Source of the DNA: a virus
Direction: 5' to 3' (one strand)
Length of the DNA: 64,000 nucleotides
IMG/VR virus record: IMGVR_UViG_3300044816_000082
Coordinates: 1-64,000 of that record
Both the position numbers and the translations under genes were made by a program. Shown one piece after another: positions 53,037 to 63,356 of this stretch. A model generated the notes under the pieces. That model did not search any database and was not told the DNA's origin. It saw only the letters and a program-made list of their open reading frames with translations. How positions within the stretch are numbered: position 1 is the first letter of the stretch; each line of letters begins with the position of its first letter.

Positions 53037-53410
53037 CCGCTGAGTCCTCTACACGCGCGGCCGTCGCGGACCGCAGCCAAGGTCGCTGCGAAATGGGGTG
53101 CGGGCAGCGGGCAGTGAACGTCCACCACCGCCTCAACCGATCTCAGGGTGGGGTGTGGTGCCCCAGCAACGCCCTCCACCTCGACGGGAGCGGGACGACC
53201 GGGTGCCACGGGAGGATCGGCGCGAACCCCGAGTGGGCGTACGCAGAGGGACTCCTCATCCACAGGGGGCAGGACCCGCGACTGGTCCCTGTCCGCCTCC
53301 AACACCCCGTGTACCTGGCGTGGTGGTTCCTTCTGGACGCAGGGGGTGGGGTGGTGTTCCACGAGGACTACCCAACCCCGTCAGCACAGGTCACCGGACT
53401 CATCGCCTGA
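53033..53410 (+). CDS. HNH-like endonuclease
   Basis: RSQGRCE..C....HHR..RSQGG.....N...L.GSGTTGCHG. Confidence 0.75.
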   Translation: MTAESSTRAAVADRSQGRCEMGCGQRAVNVHHRLNRSQGGVWCPSNALHLDGSGTTGCHGRIGANPEWAYAEGLLIHRGQDPRLVPVRLQHPVYLAWWFLLDAGGGVVFHEDYPTPSAQVTGLIA

Positions 53411-54205
53411 ACAGGACCTAGCGCGCTAACGTGGTTGACAATGAGGGGGCAAGCGGCCCCTTCCGTCGAGGAGGACACCCATGAGACACCACCACTACCC
53501 GCACCACCCGCGGGTACTCGACCTCATCCACCACGCCGTGTCGCACCGTAAGCCCCGGCCACCGTCGTACGCGTCGGTAGCGTTCAGCGCCCCCGTGCTG
53601 CTGTGGAGCTTCCTTCTCGCCGCGATCCCCGGTGCCGGTGCCGCGTGGCTGTGGCAGCCCCTCGGCCCGATCGTCCTGATCATCGTCGCGGTGTACCTCA
53701 TCGACCTGTTCGGCAGGCTCGGCCGGCGTGAACAGCAACGGCAACGACGATGAGTCTGCTGCACGGGCGGTCCCCCGCTGATCGGGTCGAGCAGGCGAAG
53801 GCGCACTGTGAGTACCTGCGGGTCGCGATCCTGCGCGCCCCGTGGGCGCACCTCGAGAAGACCGCGGACCATCCGACGAACTGCCCGACGCCGTGTGCGC
53901 ACGAGCAGCGGCTCCGCGCACAGCTCGACGTGTACCTCGACGCGTTCCTCGAGGAACACCCCCACCCGACCGGGTGAACGTCGGTGTGTCACGGCACCCG
54001 CCGGGGTTAGGGTCGTGTCACCCTTCCCGGATGAACGTCACCGACCTCCGGGGAGCACGCCTAGCCCGGCTGCGCCGGATCGCCCCGACGCACCCGGTCT
54101 TCCGCGTCCCCACCCAGCGGGACACCCCGGTTACACCGACGCTAACCGGGTATACACTTGTTGTAGGGGACCGGGTAGCCACCGGGTCCCGCGAGGAGGT
54201 TCCTG

Positions 54206-55046
54206 ATGACCCTGACCTACGGCTGGTGTGGAACCACCATGCATCCACTCGGTAGCGGCGGTGGGCACGATGCCTGAGCAGCCTTCCCGTGTGGTTGCTG
54301 AGACGTGCGCCAGCCTGCTCACCGACCCGAACAGACACCATCACCGCTGCGACCTAGCCCCTGGACACGACGGGGACGAGCATCGCCATCAGATGCCCGG
54401 CTACGCGCTGACCTGGCTAACAAGGGACGAGTCGTCCCTCACCGGACGACTCGAAGGGTTCTGTGGACAGGAGCCCGACCACGGCCCGCACACCACTCGT
54501 TTCATGTGGTGCATCGGTCACGGACCAACGCCCGGTAGCGGCGGCACGGAGGGCGAGCGGTGAGCGCCCGAGCGTGGATTGCGCGCAAGAACGGGCAGCA
54601 CAGCGACCAGGCCAAGGCCGACCGCAAGGAGGCCAAGAGGCGTTGTCGTCACTGCCCGGAGCCGTGGTACGACCATGCCTACGGCGACACTGGCAAGCGC
54701 GGCCTGACCCATCGACTGGACGCGCAGCCAGCACCCGGTAGCGGCGGTGGGTCCGATGTCTGAGGGGAGCACGCCGAAGCCCATAACGAGCGACAACGTA
54801 GACACCTGGCTCTGCACCGTCCAGGGGGTTGCGCACGACTTCCGGCTCCGCGAGTGGCAAACCGCTTGGAACACTGTTCGCACTTCCTGGGTGTGCATCT
54901 GGTGCAACGGGATCGCCTGTGGCGACCACGACGAGGTCGACCCGTGCTGGCTCATCTACCACCACCCGACTGCGCACAAGACACGTTCTGGTGTCGTCTG
55001 GCCGCTAGGAGGAGCGCGCCCGCGACCGACCGCTAAGGCGGGCTGA
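54206..55046 (+). other. Cassette-like array of 4 small ORFs separated by junction repeats B, C, D
   Basis: ORFs 54206-54277, 54270-54563, 54560-54763, 54756-55046; repeats at 54246, 54529, 54732. Confidence 0.7.
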
Positions 55047-55138
55047 AAGCGGGTTCGTGGCGCACCCCGTCAACCGGGTATACGATGGTGGGCAGCCCGG
55101 TCGGGATAGCCACCCGACCCGAACGCTAGGAGGACCTC

Positions 55139-55276
55139 ATCGCATACCTACGGCGCCTGCTCTGCGGTGCCCTCGGCCACCGTCCGTCCCTAACCGAATG
55201 GGTCACCACCGACAAGCGCAGCGTGCTCCGTCCCTGCACACGTTGCGGTGCCTACCTCAAGAGAGAAGCCCGATGA
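55139..55276 (+). CDS. DUF1660-like small ORF with ATC at the expected start position
   Basis: GGAGGA SD, then IAYLRRLLCGALGH...CTRCG; overlaps next ATG. Confidence 0.5.
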   Translation: MAYLRRLLCGALGHRPSLTEWVTTDKRSVLRPCTRCGAYLKREAR

Positions 55277-56140
55277 CGACTGATGTACCCCCTGACGCCG
55301 GCCGTGCTGTCCTCGACGTCGAGCTCGTCCTGATGGACGCCGCCGCGAAGTTGTACGGGAGCTTCCGTGACGCCGCAGAGGCGCAACCCGATGCCAGGGT
55401 GACTCCGGAAACCATCGACGCGCTGCGGATCAGGACCGCCGATGAGATCGAGACAGGAGCGAGTGAGGTCGCCCTGAAACTCCGCAACGCGGTCCGGGAC
55501 CGGATCCGGGAACGCAGGACGAGGGACGGACTCGAGTGGCATGAGGACGCATGCAACCTGCCTACGTCCGAGACCGAGGTGCTGTGCATCCTCGCGGTCG
55601 GGCACGTCGGTGCTCACCTACCGGAGGTCTGACCCGTGGCGACGTTCACGCACAATCGGTGGGTCGAACGACGCGCCGTCGCCCACCTCGGTAGCTCTGA
55701 CGACCTGTCGCGTGGGTACTTCCAACTCGCCGTCGACGCCGCGGCCGAAGCCGGGCTGTCCCCCACAGGCAAGTGCACCGGCCACGTCCGCGACAGTGAC
55801 CCGAGCAAGGGCGAGACACCCGACGGTGTGATCATCACGATCGACGTCCAATGCGAGGACCACGACGAGAAGGCTCCCGCCATGGTGGCCGCGTTCAGCC
55901 CCGACGAGCTGCTCCGGGAGGCACTGTTCAACCCTGGACAGGTATGTGTCGACACCGGCCGGCACACGTTCCTCCCCGCCGACAGCGAACGGTTCCGGAC
56001 CTACCCCGAGTCGTTCGCGACGTGCCTCGCGTGCGGGGCCGTCGTCACCGCCTACGCGATCGCGACCTCCGCCGGCCTCGCCTGGTGCGCCTGCTCCCGT
56101 TGGGAACAGGCCGACCTGATCAAGGCCGGGTGCATCCACG

Positions 56141-56785
56141 GTGTCTGACGCGCTCCTCGAGCGGGCTCTCGCTCCCGTCCAAGCTCTCGCCTTCGCGGTT
56201 CACACCCTGGACGCGGCGGAGGTTGAACGGACGATCGGGTGGCTCCGTCAACACGCACTCGCGGACGCCGCCCTGGTCCTGCTCGCGGGGATGGTCGACA
56301 TCGACCGCCCGGTCAGCGATCTCCTCGCGTGGAAGGACGAGCAGATCGCAGCGCAAGCCCGCGCAACCGCGCGCCGGGGCGCACGGCTCCTACCGTGCGG
56401 GACCCCAGCGGCGTACGCCCGGCACCGCAAGCACGGTGAGGAGCCATGCGAGGCGTGCATGATCGCGAACCGGCTCAGGAACCGAGACCGCTACCAGCAG
56501 CAACTGCTCGGCGGGAAGGTCGTTCGTAAGCCCCTCGCTCCGTGCGGGACCCACGCCGCGTACACCCGGCACAAGAAACGAGGGGAACCTATCGATGAGG
56601 TCTGCGACCTCGGGGAGAGCGCCTACCAGCACGAGCGGTACGTCGCCCGGACCGGTCGAGATGATGCCCCTCGACGCCCCCGAAACCGCCCGCTAACCGA
56701 CTATACTCCGGTGGTCGGGTCGAGCGAACCGTCGGAGGAAGGACACCCCCGCATGACCATCACCTCGTCAAGGAGCTCCCCATGA
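56141..56785 (+). CDS. Protein with two PCGT.AAY.RH...GE..C zinc-binding repeats
   Basis: Motif duplicated in the translation. Confidence 0.65.
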   Translation: MSDALLERALAPVQALAFAVHTLDAAEVERTIGWLRQHALADAALVLLAGMVDIDRPVSDLLAWKDEQIAAQARATARRGARLLPCGTPAAYARHRKHGEEPCEACMIANRLRNRDRYQQQLLGGKVVRKPLAPCGTHAAYTRHKKRGEPIDEVCDLGESAYQHERYVARTGRDDAPRRPRNRPLTDYTPVVGSSEPSEEGHPRMTITSSRSSP

Positions 56786-57012
56786 TCGATCCGGCTGTTG
56801 TGGCGAAGATGACCGACGCTGAAATGAGGGGCGCAGCAGCAGCGCGGGGGGCCGCGGAGGCCGATGCGCTCGGGGACGAGTTCAGGGTGATCCGTGACAA
56901 GGCTGTCGTGGCGATGCTCAAGGGCGGGAAGCGACCGGCGGAGGTCGCCCGGGTCATTGGGGTGACCCGCGCGTACATGGCACGTTGGCGTGGGGTCAAC
57001 GCCGATGGCTGA
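56782..57012 (+). CDS. Small HTH DNA-binding protein
   Basis: RPAEVARVIGVTRAYM. Confidence 0.65.
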   Translation: MIDPAVVAKMTDAEMRGAAAARGAAEADALGDEFRVIRDKAVVAMLKGGKRPAEVARVIGVTRAYMARWRGVNADG

Positions 57013-58754
57013 GGTCGTGCTCTACGAGGTCCCCCTCACAGTCTGCTGGGCATGCCTGAGCGGCGAGGAAGGTGAGTGTCACAGCCCCGGGTGCGCGTTC
57101 TTCATCTGCCCGGCCCCGACCGCTGAGCAGGCCGAGCGGCTGCTGTCCGCCATGGCGAACGCGACGTGCGTCGAGTGCGGCCACGAGCGCGGGCAGCACT
57201 GGCAGTACCACCACACCTGCCAGCTCTGTCAGGACGACGGGCAGCGGTGCTCCGCGTTCAGCGGCGGCCACGGATGACGCCTGAGCAAGAGACCGCAGGG
57301 GGGTCTCTCGTGGCTGATGAGCACAGGTACCCGGATCGCGTCGAGAGGGCACGGGCGGTCCTCACGAGCGAGTGGCAGACGTTTCACGAACTGTTCCCCG
57401 GCATATGGGGGCTGGACGCGAAGTGGGAGACGGGCGCTCTGGTATGGCTACGGAACCGGCGCCTCGTGGAATCCCGCTTCACCGCCGCTGGCGTCACGCA
57501 GTGGAGGACTCGTGGCTGACGTCAGGGCTCGTGCTGTCGACGCGGTCTTGGCGTTGTGGCGTACGAGCGGGGAGGACGACCCGTCGTGGCCCGACCACGC
57601 CGGCCGGATCGTCGACGTCGTCATCGCAGCTCTCCCCCCTGTCCTCGCCCCGGGGGAGTCCCCGCTGATCGACCTGCTCGCAGCGCTCAAGGTCGCGCCG
57701 GGGAACCTCGAGCGGGTACGCATGGCGCAGGTCGTGATCGACCGGGTCGCGGAGGTACGGGACTTGTCGATCAAGGCGGTGTGGGCGACCCGCCCTGACG
57801 GCGCGACCGCGTCGGGCCTCGCCCGGCACACAGGTGTCCCGGTAGGTATCGTGAACGTCGTCATACACGGAAGGGACCGACGATGAGGGCAGACCTCCCC
57901 GACCCTGCAAGCGCGTGGAAGCGATACGAGAACGGCGCTGGGCCGATGCACGAACTGACCGTCACGATCGCTCGTGTCCTCCACAACACCTTTCGCTCGG
58001 ATGGTTCGATCCGCAAGTCGTGGGACGAGGACGTGGTCACAGACCAGTGGCTCGCGGTTGGCTCCTGGCAGGCCGCTGAGCGTGTCGTTGCCGTGCTGCC
58101 GATGGTGGTGAAGCCATGACCAGCGAGGGGGGTCCATCCCGTGTGGCCGTCCCGCTCGTCCTGCTCCGCGAGGTTCTCGCGCTTAGCCCTCGGACTATGG
58201 ACCGTCCCAAGCCGCATCGCCAACCAACTCGTCACGGAAGGTGCACGATGACAGACCAAGACGTCACCGAAGGTCGAGAACAGTGCGAGAACATCCTCGC
58301 CACAGTCCACATCGCACGGCAACAGATCTACGAGCTCGTCGCTGCGAATCGACTCACGCGCATTGACGCCGCGAAGCTCCTCGTCGATTCGTATGCCGTT
58401 GAGGGTGAAGCGCAGGGCGCGTTGTTGCTGTACGGCGGTGCTGCATGACGTGCCGGGGGTTGCAACGGAATGTTCATGTCTTTCCGTTGTTCCTCGTCAC
58501 GTTGCCGATGTGCTTGCTGTTGATCGTTCTCATCTTTCTCGCGGCGACTGGACATCACCCGACGTCGTGCGGTGCCCGATGAATACGGGTTCTTGTTGCG
58601 CTCACTCTGACGATGAGCACACCGGAGTTGAGGGCGACTGTTGCCGCTGTAGCTGCGTGAGGTGGGCGCACGGAAAGGGTCCTTCTATGCCGGTTGAGCC
58701 GGGGCGTTCTCTCTCACCTGAACCCACCCCATCGGATGAGCGGGTGTCGTCGCC

Positions 58755-59573
58755 ATGAAGGTGGTCGCAGCCACCTCGGGCGGCCTGGGGAGCTTCGGGG
58801 CCAACGTCCGCGCCGTCGAGCGGTACGGCGCAGAGAACGTCACTGCTCTGTTCACCGACGTGCTCATGGAGGACCAGGACGTCTACCGCTTCCTGGTGGA
58901 GTCGTGCGAGGCGCTGGGGATCAAGTTGGAGATCGCCTGCGACGGGCGCACGCCCTGGGACGTCGCCCACGAGGAAGGCTTCATCCCGAACAACATGGTG
59001 CCGCTGTGCTCCCGCATCCTCAAGATCGAGCCTGCCCGACGCTGGATCGAGGCCAACGCCCCCGATGCCCTGCTCGTCTACGGCATCGGCTGGGACGAGG
59101 CGCACCGCGCCGGACCCATCGCGGAGGCCCAGCGCCCACGTGATGTGTGGTCGCCAATGCTCGAAGCGCCCTACTTCGACAATGACGACCTAGCCCGCCT
59201 CGCACGCTCCTACGGCATCGAGCCGCCCCGCATGTACGCCGCTGGCTACGCCCACGCCAACTGCGCCGGAGCCTGCTTCCGGGCCGGTCACGCAGCCTGG
59301 CGGCTCGTGCTCCGCGACAGCCCCGACCTGTTCCTCTGGCACGAGTGGCAGGAGCACCACTGGCGGCGCACCTGGGGACGATGGGCAGCGGTGCTCAAGT
59401 GGCGCACCAAGGAGCGCGACGGCCAGCCCATGACGCTGCAGACCTTCCGGCACCTCATCGAGGCCGAGGACTACGGCCAGCTCGACCTTATGGACTTCGG
59501 CGGCTGCGGCTGCAACCCCGGCGACAGCGCAGGGCTGTTGCTCCAGATTGGCTCACGAAGGGACGCGGCATGA
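58755..59573 (+). CDS. PAPS-reductase-like / adenine nucleotide alpha-hydrolase protein
   Basis: SGG.GS PP-loop, EDQDVYRFL, CSRILKIEP, HANCAGACFRAG, GGCGC. Confidence 0.75.
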   Translation: MKVVAATSGGLGSFGANVRAVERYGAENVTALFTDVLMEDQDVYRFLVESCEALGIKLEIACDGRTPWDVAHEEGFIPNNMVPLCSRILKIEPARRWIEANAPDALLVYGIGWDEAHRAGPIAEAQRPRDVWSPMLEAPYFDNDDLARLARSYGIEPPRMYAAGYAHANCAGACFRAGHAAWRLVLRDSPDLFLWHEWQEHHWRRTWGRWAAVLKWRTKERDGQPMTLQTFRHLIEAEDYGQLDLMDFGGCGCNPGDSAGLLLQIGSRRDAA

Positions 59574-59575
59574 CG

Positions 59576-59975
59576 CTAGCCCGTCATCCCGGCCAGGAAG
59601 GACGCCACCCGGTGCGAGGCGTGCCGGTCGCGGTTGTTCTTCGCCATGTCGTACAGCCCGGTCGTGCGCGGGTCGGCGTGCCGCATGGCGATCTGCATGT
59701 CCCTCATCGGCACACCGCTGACCAGGCCGCTCGTGCAGAACGTGCGCCTGAGCCCGTGCGGGGTGATGTGGTGGCAGCCGGCGACCTGCCCGATGCGCGT
59801 GACGAGGCGTCGGGCGTCCTGCTCGGTGAGCGCGTTCCCCGCCTGGTTGTGGAGCAGCGGTCCGCTCGTCCGCGTGCCGACGACCTCACGGACGGCCCGC
59901 ATGACTGGGATGGGGAGCGGGATCGTCGCGGGCTTGCTGCCCTTCCCGATGAAGGTGAGCATGTCGTACCCGCCG
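59576..59975 (-). pseudogene. Second truncated tyrosine recombinase (C-terminal part only)
   Basis: GKG, PHGLRRTF, MRHADPRTTGLYD; lacks first catalytic Arg region. Confidence 0.8.
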
Positions 59976-60402
59976 AAGGGTGACCGGCCTCCATTCGGCT
60001 GCTGCCTGCTCATCTTCACATCCACCGCCGAGGAGGCTGCCACATGACCGCTGAGGGGCGTACTCGCTCACCATGCCCAAGCATCTACCCGCCGAGCGCC
60101 GACGCACCTCACGCGGGCACCGGCTGGTCCAGGCCGCTGCGATGCGTGATGAGCACGGACCACTGGCCCGAAGGTGTGACGCCCCCGGTCCACTGGAACG
60201 GCGGCATCTCCTGGCGCGACGAGCCCACCCCGACGCCCGGAACGACGTGCGGCACGTTCGGCTGCGACGAGCCCGCCGTGGTCCGCATCATCAGGGGCGA
60301 GGAGTGGTTCCCCGGCTGGTACTGCGCCGAGCACGGCGAGACAGCACCCGCCAGGACTCCGTCACTCGGTAGCGGCGGTTCGGATCAGGCTGGGCAACCC
60401 GG

Positions 60403-61026
60403 ATGAGTGAGCGTGACCACGTGACTCCGAAGCGAACATGCGAACGGGCTGGATGCACCGAGCCCCACAAGGCGAACGGGCTGTGCCACAAGCACTACAA
60501 CCGAGAACGGGACCGCACCGGGCGAGAGCGGCCCGATCGGGTACTCGCCTGTCGGGCACGCGGTCGAGCGGTCGCCGCCCTCATCAAGGCTCATCCGGGT
60601 GAGTACGCCGAGTTGCTTACAGAAGCAACCGCCAGCGTGCACGAGGAGCACCTGCACCTCGCGGCCTTAGCAGCAGAGGCCGGCCTCGACCCGAAGCAGG
60701 GCATCGTGCGCCTGCGAAAAGGGCCACGCCCGACAGACCAGGAGGTCGAAGACCGTATCGACTTGAGCGTGACCTCATCCTGTGACGCCTGCGCGAGCTT
60801 CCACCGCACCGACCACTCCTGCTCATCCTGCGAGGACCGCACTTGGCAAGCCGCTTGCCAAGTGCGGCCGACATCGACGCCGCTTGCCAAGTTGAGCCCG
60901 GAGCAACGGATCGAGCGGGCACTGCGCGCGGGCAAGTCGGCACGCTGGATCGCTGACAACCTTGCCGAACCGATACAGCTCATCCTGCGTGTCCTCGATC
61001 GACTCCGATCGGAGAATTGGTCATGA
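60403..61026 (+). CDS. Zn-finger plus C-terminal HTH protein
   Basis: C...GC......GLC.KHY; GKSARWIADNL. Confidence 0.6.
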   Translation: MSERDHVTPKRTCERAGCTEPHKANGLCHKHYNRERDRTGRERPDRVLACRARGRAVAALIKAHPGEYAELLTEATASVHEEHLHLAALAAEAGLDPKQGIVRLRKGPRPTDQEVEDRIDLSVTSSCDACASFHRTDHSCSSCEDRTWQAACQVRPTSTPLAKLSPEQRIERALRAGKSARWIADNLAEPIQLILRVLDRLRSENWS

Positions 61027-61348
61027 CGCAGGTACAGGCAGCCGTCCGGCGGATTGAGGCGTTGCTGGACTCCTACACCCGCGCGGGCGGCAACCTCGAC
61101 CCTGAACTCATCTACGCCCACAACGACAACGAGTTGCGCGTGAGTGACCTGCGTCTACTTCTGGCGACACTCGGTAGCGGCGTTCCGATGTCTGAGGGGC
61201 ACGCTCCGGTTGTCTGCCGGTGCATCGAGATCGAGGGTGGCATGGACCGGACGGTGTGCCGTGCGGACGAGCACCGCGACTACTGCGAGAACCGAGCTTG
61301 TTGCGCAGAACGCGGACACGAAGGCGACTGCGACGAGACGGCTGCGTT

Positions 61349-61705
61349 GTGACTGAGGCGGCGGTGCCGGTGCAGGACGCGTTGTGGGACGAACCACCCC
61401 CACCCGTCGTGAACATCGAATACCGAGGGCTGACACTGCAGGAGCAGTTCGAGGCGTTCCACAACGCGAACCCGTGGGTCATGCAGGCACTCGTAAGGCT
61501 GTCGTTGCAGGCACTCGCGGACGGCCGGCGTCGCCTCGGGATCAAGATGCTCGTCGAAGTCCTGCGCTGGCAGTATGGGCGGGCCACGACCGGGTCCGAC
61601 TTCCGGCTCAACAACAACTACTCATCGAGGTACGTCCGCGCGATCATCGGGGCGCACCCCGAGCTCGCTGACCTGTTCGCGACCCGAGAACTGAGGACAC
61701 CATGA
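61349..61705 (+). CDS. Conserved phage hypothetical protein
   Basis: FEAFH.ANP.V...E.LRW...LNNNY.S.Y.R...LF.TR. Confidence 0.65.
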   Translation: MTEAAVPVQDALWDEPPPPVVNIEYRGLTLQEQFEAFHNANPWVMQALVRLSLQALADGRRRLGIKMLVEVLRWQYGRATTGSDFRLNNNYSSRYVRAIIGAHPELADLFATRELRTP

Positions 61706-62082
61706 GTAGGAACCTCCGATCAGGAGTCCCCGTCGGGCAGCAACTCGCGCTCCTCGTCGACGTCACCCCCGCCGCCGAACCTGCCGTCGCGGACATCCTG
61801 ACCGAACGTCTCCGACAGGTCGCTCTGTGGGGCGGTCCCGACGCTGACGACAAACGAGACGCCGATCAGTGGCTCGCGCTCACAGGTGGCTACCTCGGGA
61901 AGGCACACGAGGCGAGCATCGCTGTGCACGACGCCACCGTGTACGGCGCTGATCCCGAGCAACAAAACGCGGCCGTCGCTGAGTACCGCCGGCGCCTCGT
62001 CCAGGTCGCGGCCCTCGCGACTGCGGCCGTCGAAAGCCTTGATCGTCTGATCGCCCACGAGTCCCTCACCGACAAGGAATGA
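61702..62082 (+). CDS. MazG-like all-alpha protein (degenerate)
   Basis: ER.RQ..LWG...LVQVAALA.AAVE.LDR; EE motif absent. Confidence 0.5.
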   Translation: MSRNLRSGVPVGQQLALLVDVTPAAEPAVADILTERLRQVALWGGPDADDKRDADQWLALTGGYLGKAHEASIAVHDATVYGADPEQQNAAVAEYRRRLVQVAALATAAVESLDRLIAHESLTDKE

Positions 62083-62593
62083 ACCTGATGCCCCTGCTGA
62101 CCTGCACCGAATGCCTCGACACCGGATTCCGTAGCTGGGACGGAGTCCCACGAGCATGCCCGTCGTGCGACATCGGCCGGGCGTGGGAAACGAACCGTCG
62201 CCGCGCCCTCGACCCCAGCACCGGGAACAGCGAGGGGCGGCAACTCCTCCCCCCAGGTGGCGATGTGCTCCTCGCCCAAGCTCGCCGCGATGCTGTCGGG
62301 CTCCCCCTCGGCGCGATCGAGGAAGGACTACCCGTCCGCGGGGTCGTCCCCGCGCATGTGTTGCTCGCGACCGAGCAGGCCGTGCAGGAGGCACGTGCGA
62401 CTGCGGTGTCGCTGAGCTCAGCGTTCGCGGCGTGCCTCGCTGACCTCGAGGAAGGTGTCGCGGTATCGAACGTGCTCGACAGGTGGAAGCCAGCGCTCGT
62501 TGACCTCCCCGAGTGGGCCGAACCGATGATGAACCGCTCAGCCGGCCGGAACCGGACACGGAAGGCGACCGCGATCGCGGCGCCCCTCACCCC

Positions 62594-63296
62594 ATGATCG
62601 AACAGCACTACCGAGTGCTCGACCTGTTTAGCGGAGCTGGCGGTGCCGGCATGGGCTACTACCGGGCGGGCTTCGACGTGTACGGGGTGGACATTGAGGA
62701 CCACGCCGACTACCCCTTCGACTCGGCTATCGCGGACGCGCTCGACTTCATGGCCGAGCCCGGCTGGGGCTGACCCATTCGACGCGATCCACGCCTCCCC
62801 GCCTTGCCAGGCCAAGACCACCATGAGCAACAGATACCGCGGCAAGGGCGGGTACACCGACAGCCACGTGAGCCTCATCACGCCCGTTCGTGAGCGGCTT
62901 GAGGCGACCGGGAAGCCCTACGTCATCGAGAACGTGTGCGGTGCACGGCCTGAGATGCGCGCTCCGATCACGCTCAGGGGGGGCATGTTCGGGCTCCGCG
63001 TCGAGCGTCCTCGCCTGTTCGAGAGCAACGTGCCGCTGACCGCCCCGCCGGCTCGTAAGGTTGTCGACCCGATCGGCATCTACGGCAAGCGACAGGGACC
63101 GGACGGTCGGCGTCTGTGGACCCGCAAGGACGGCTCGATCCAGCGCGCCCCTCGGACGCTCGCGGAGGCGCAGGAGGCGATGGATGTGGGCTGGATGACG
63201 GTATGGGAGGACATCACCGAGTGCATCCCGCCTGCGTACACCGCGCACATCGGGATCCAACTTCTCGACTACTTAAGCTATGAGGCAGCAGTATGA
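62594..63296 (+). pseudogene. Short C5 DNA methyltransferase interrupted by a 1-nt frameshift at GGGG 62766-62769
   Basis: VLDLFSGAGG in one frame; HASPPCQ, YVIENV, ECIPPAYT in the next. Confidence 0.85.
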
Positions 63297-63356
63297 CCGG
63301 GCTGTTCTGACACACCGAGTCACCACAGAACACGGTCTGTTAAGCCACTACGGGGC

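Noticed and set aside
54246-54763. Junction repeats as a CRISPR array or classical integron attC sites
   Set aside because: Spacing is gene-sized and irregular, the repeats are coding, there are no RYYYAAC/GTTRRRY boxes, and no intact IntI is present.
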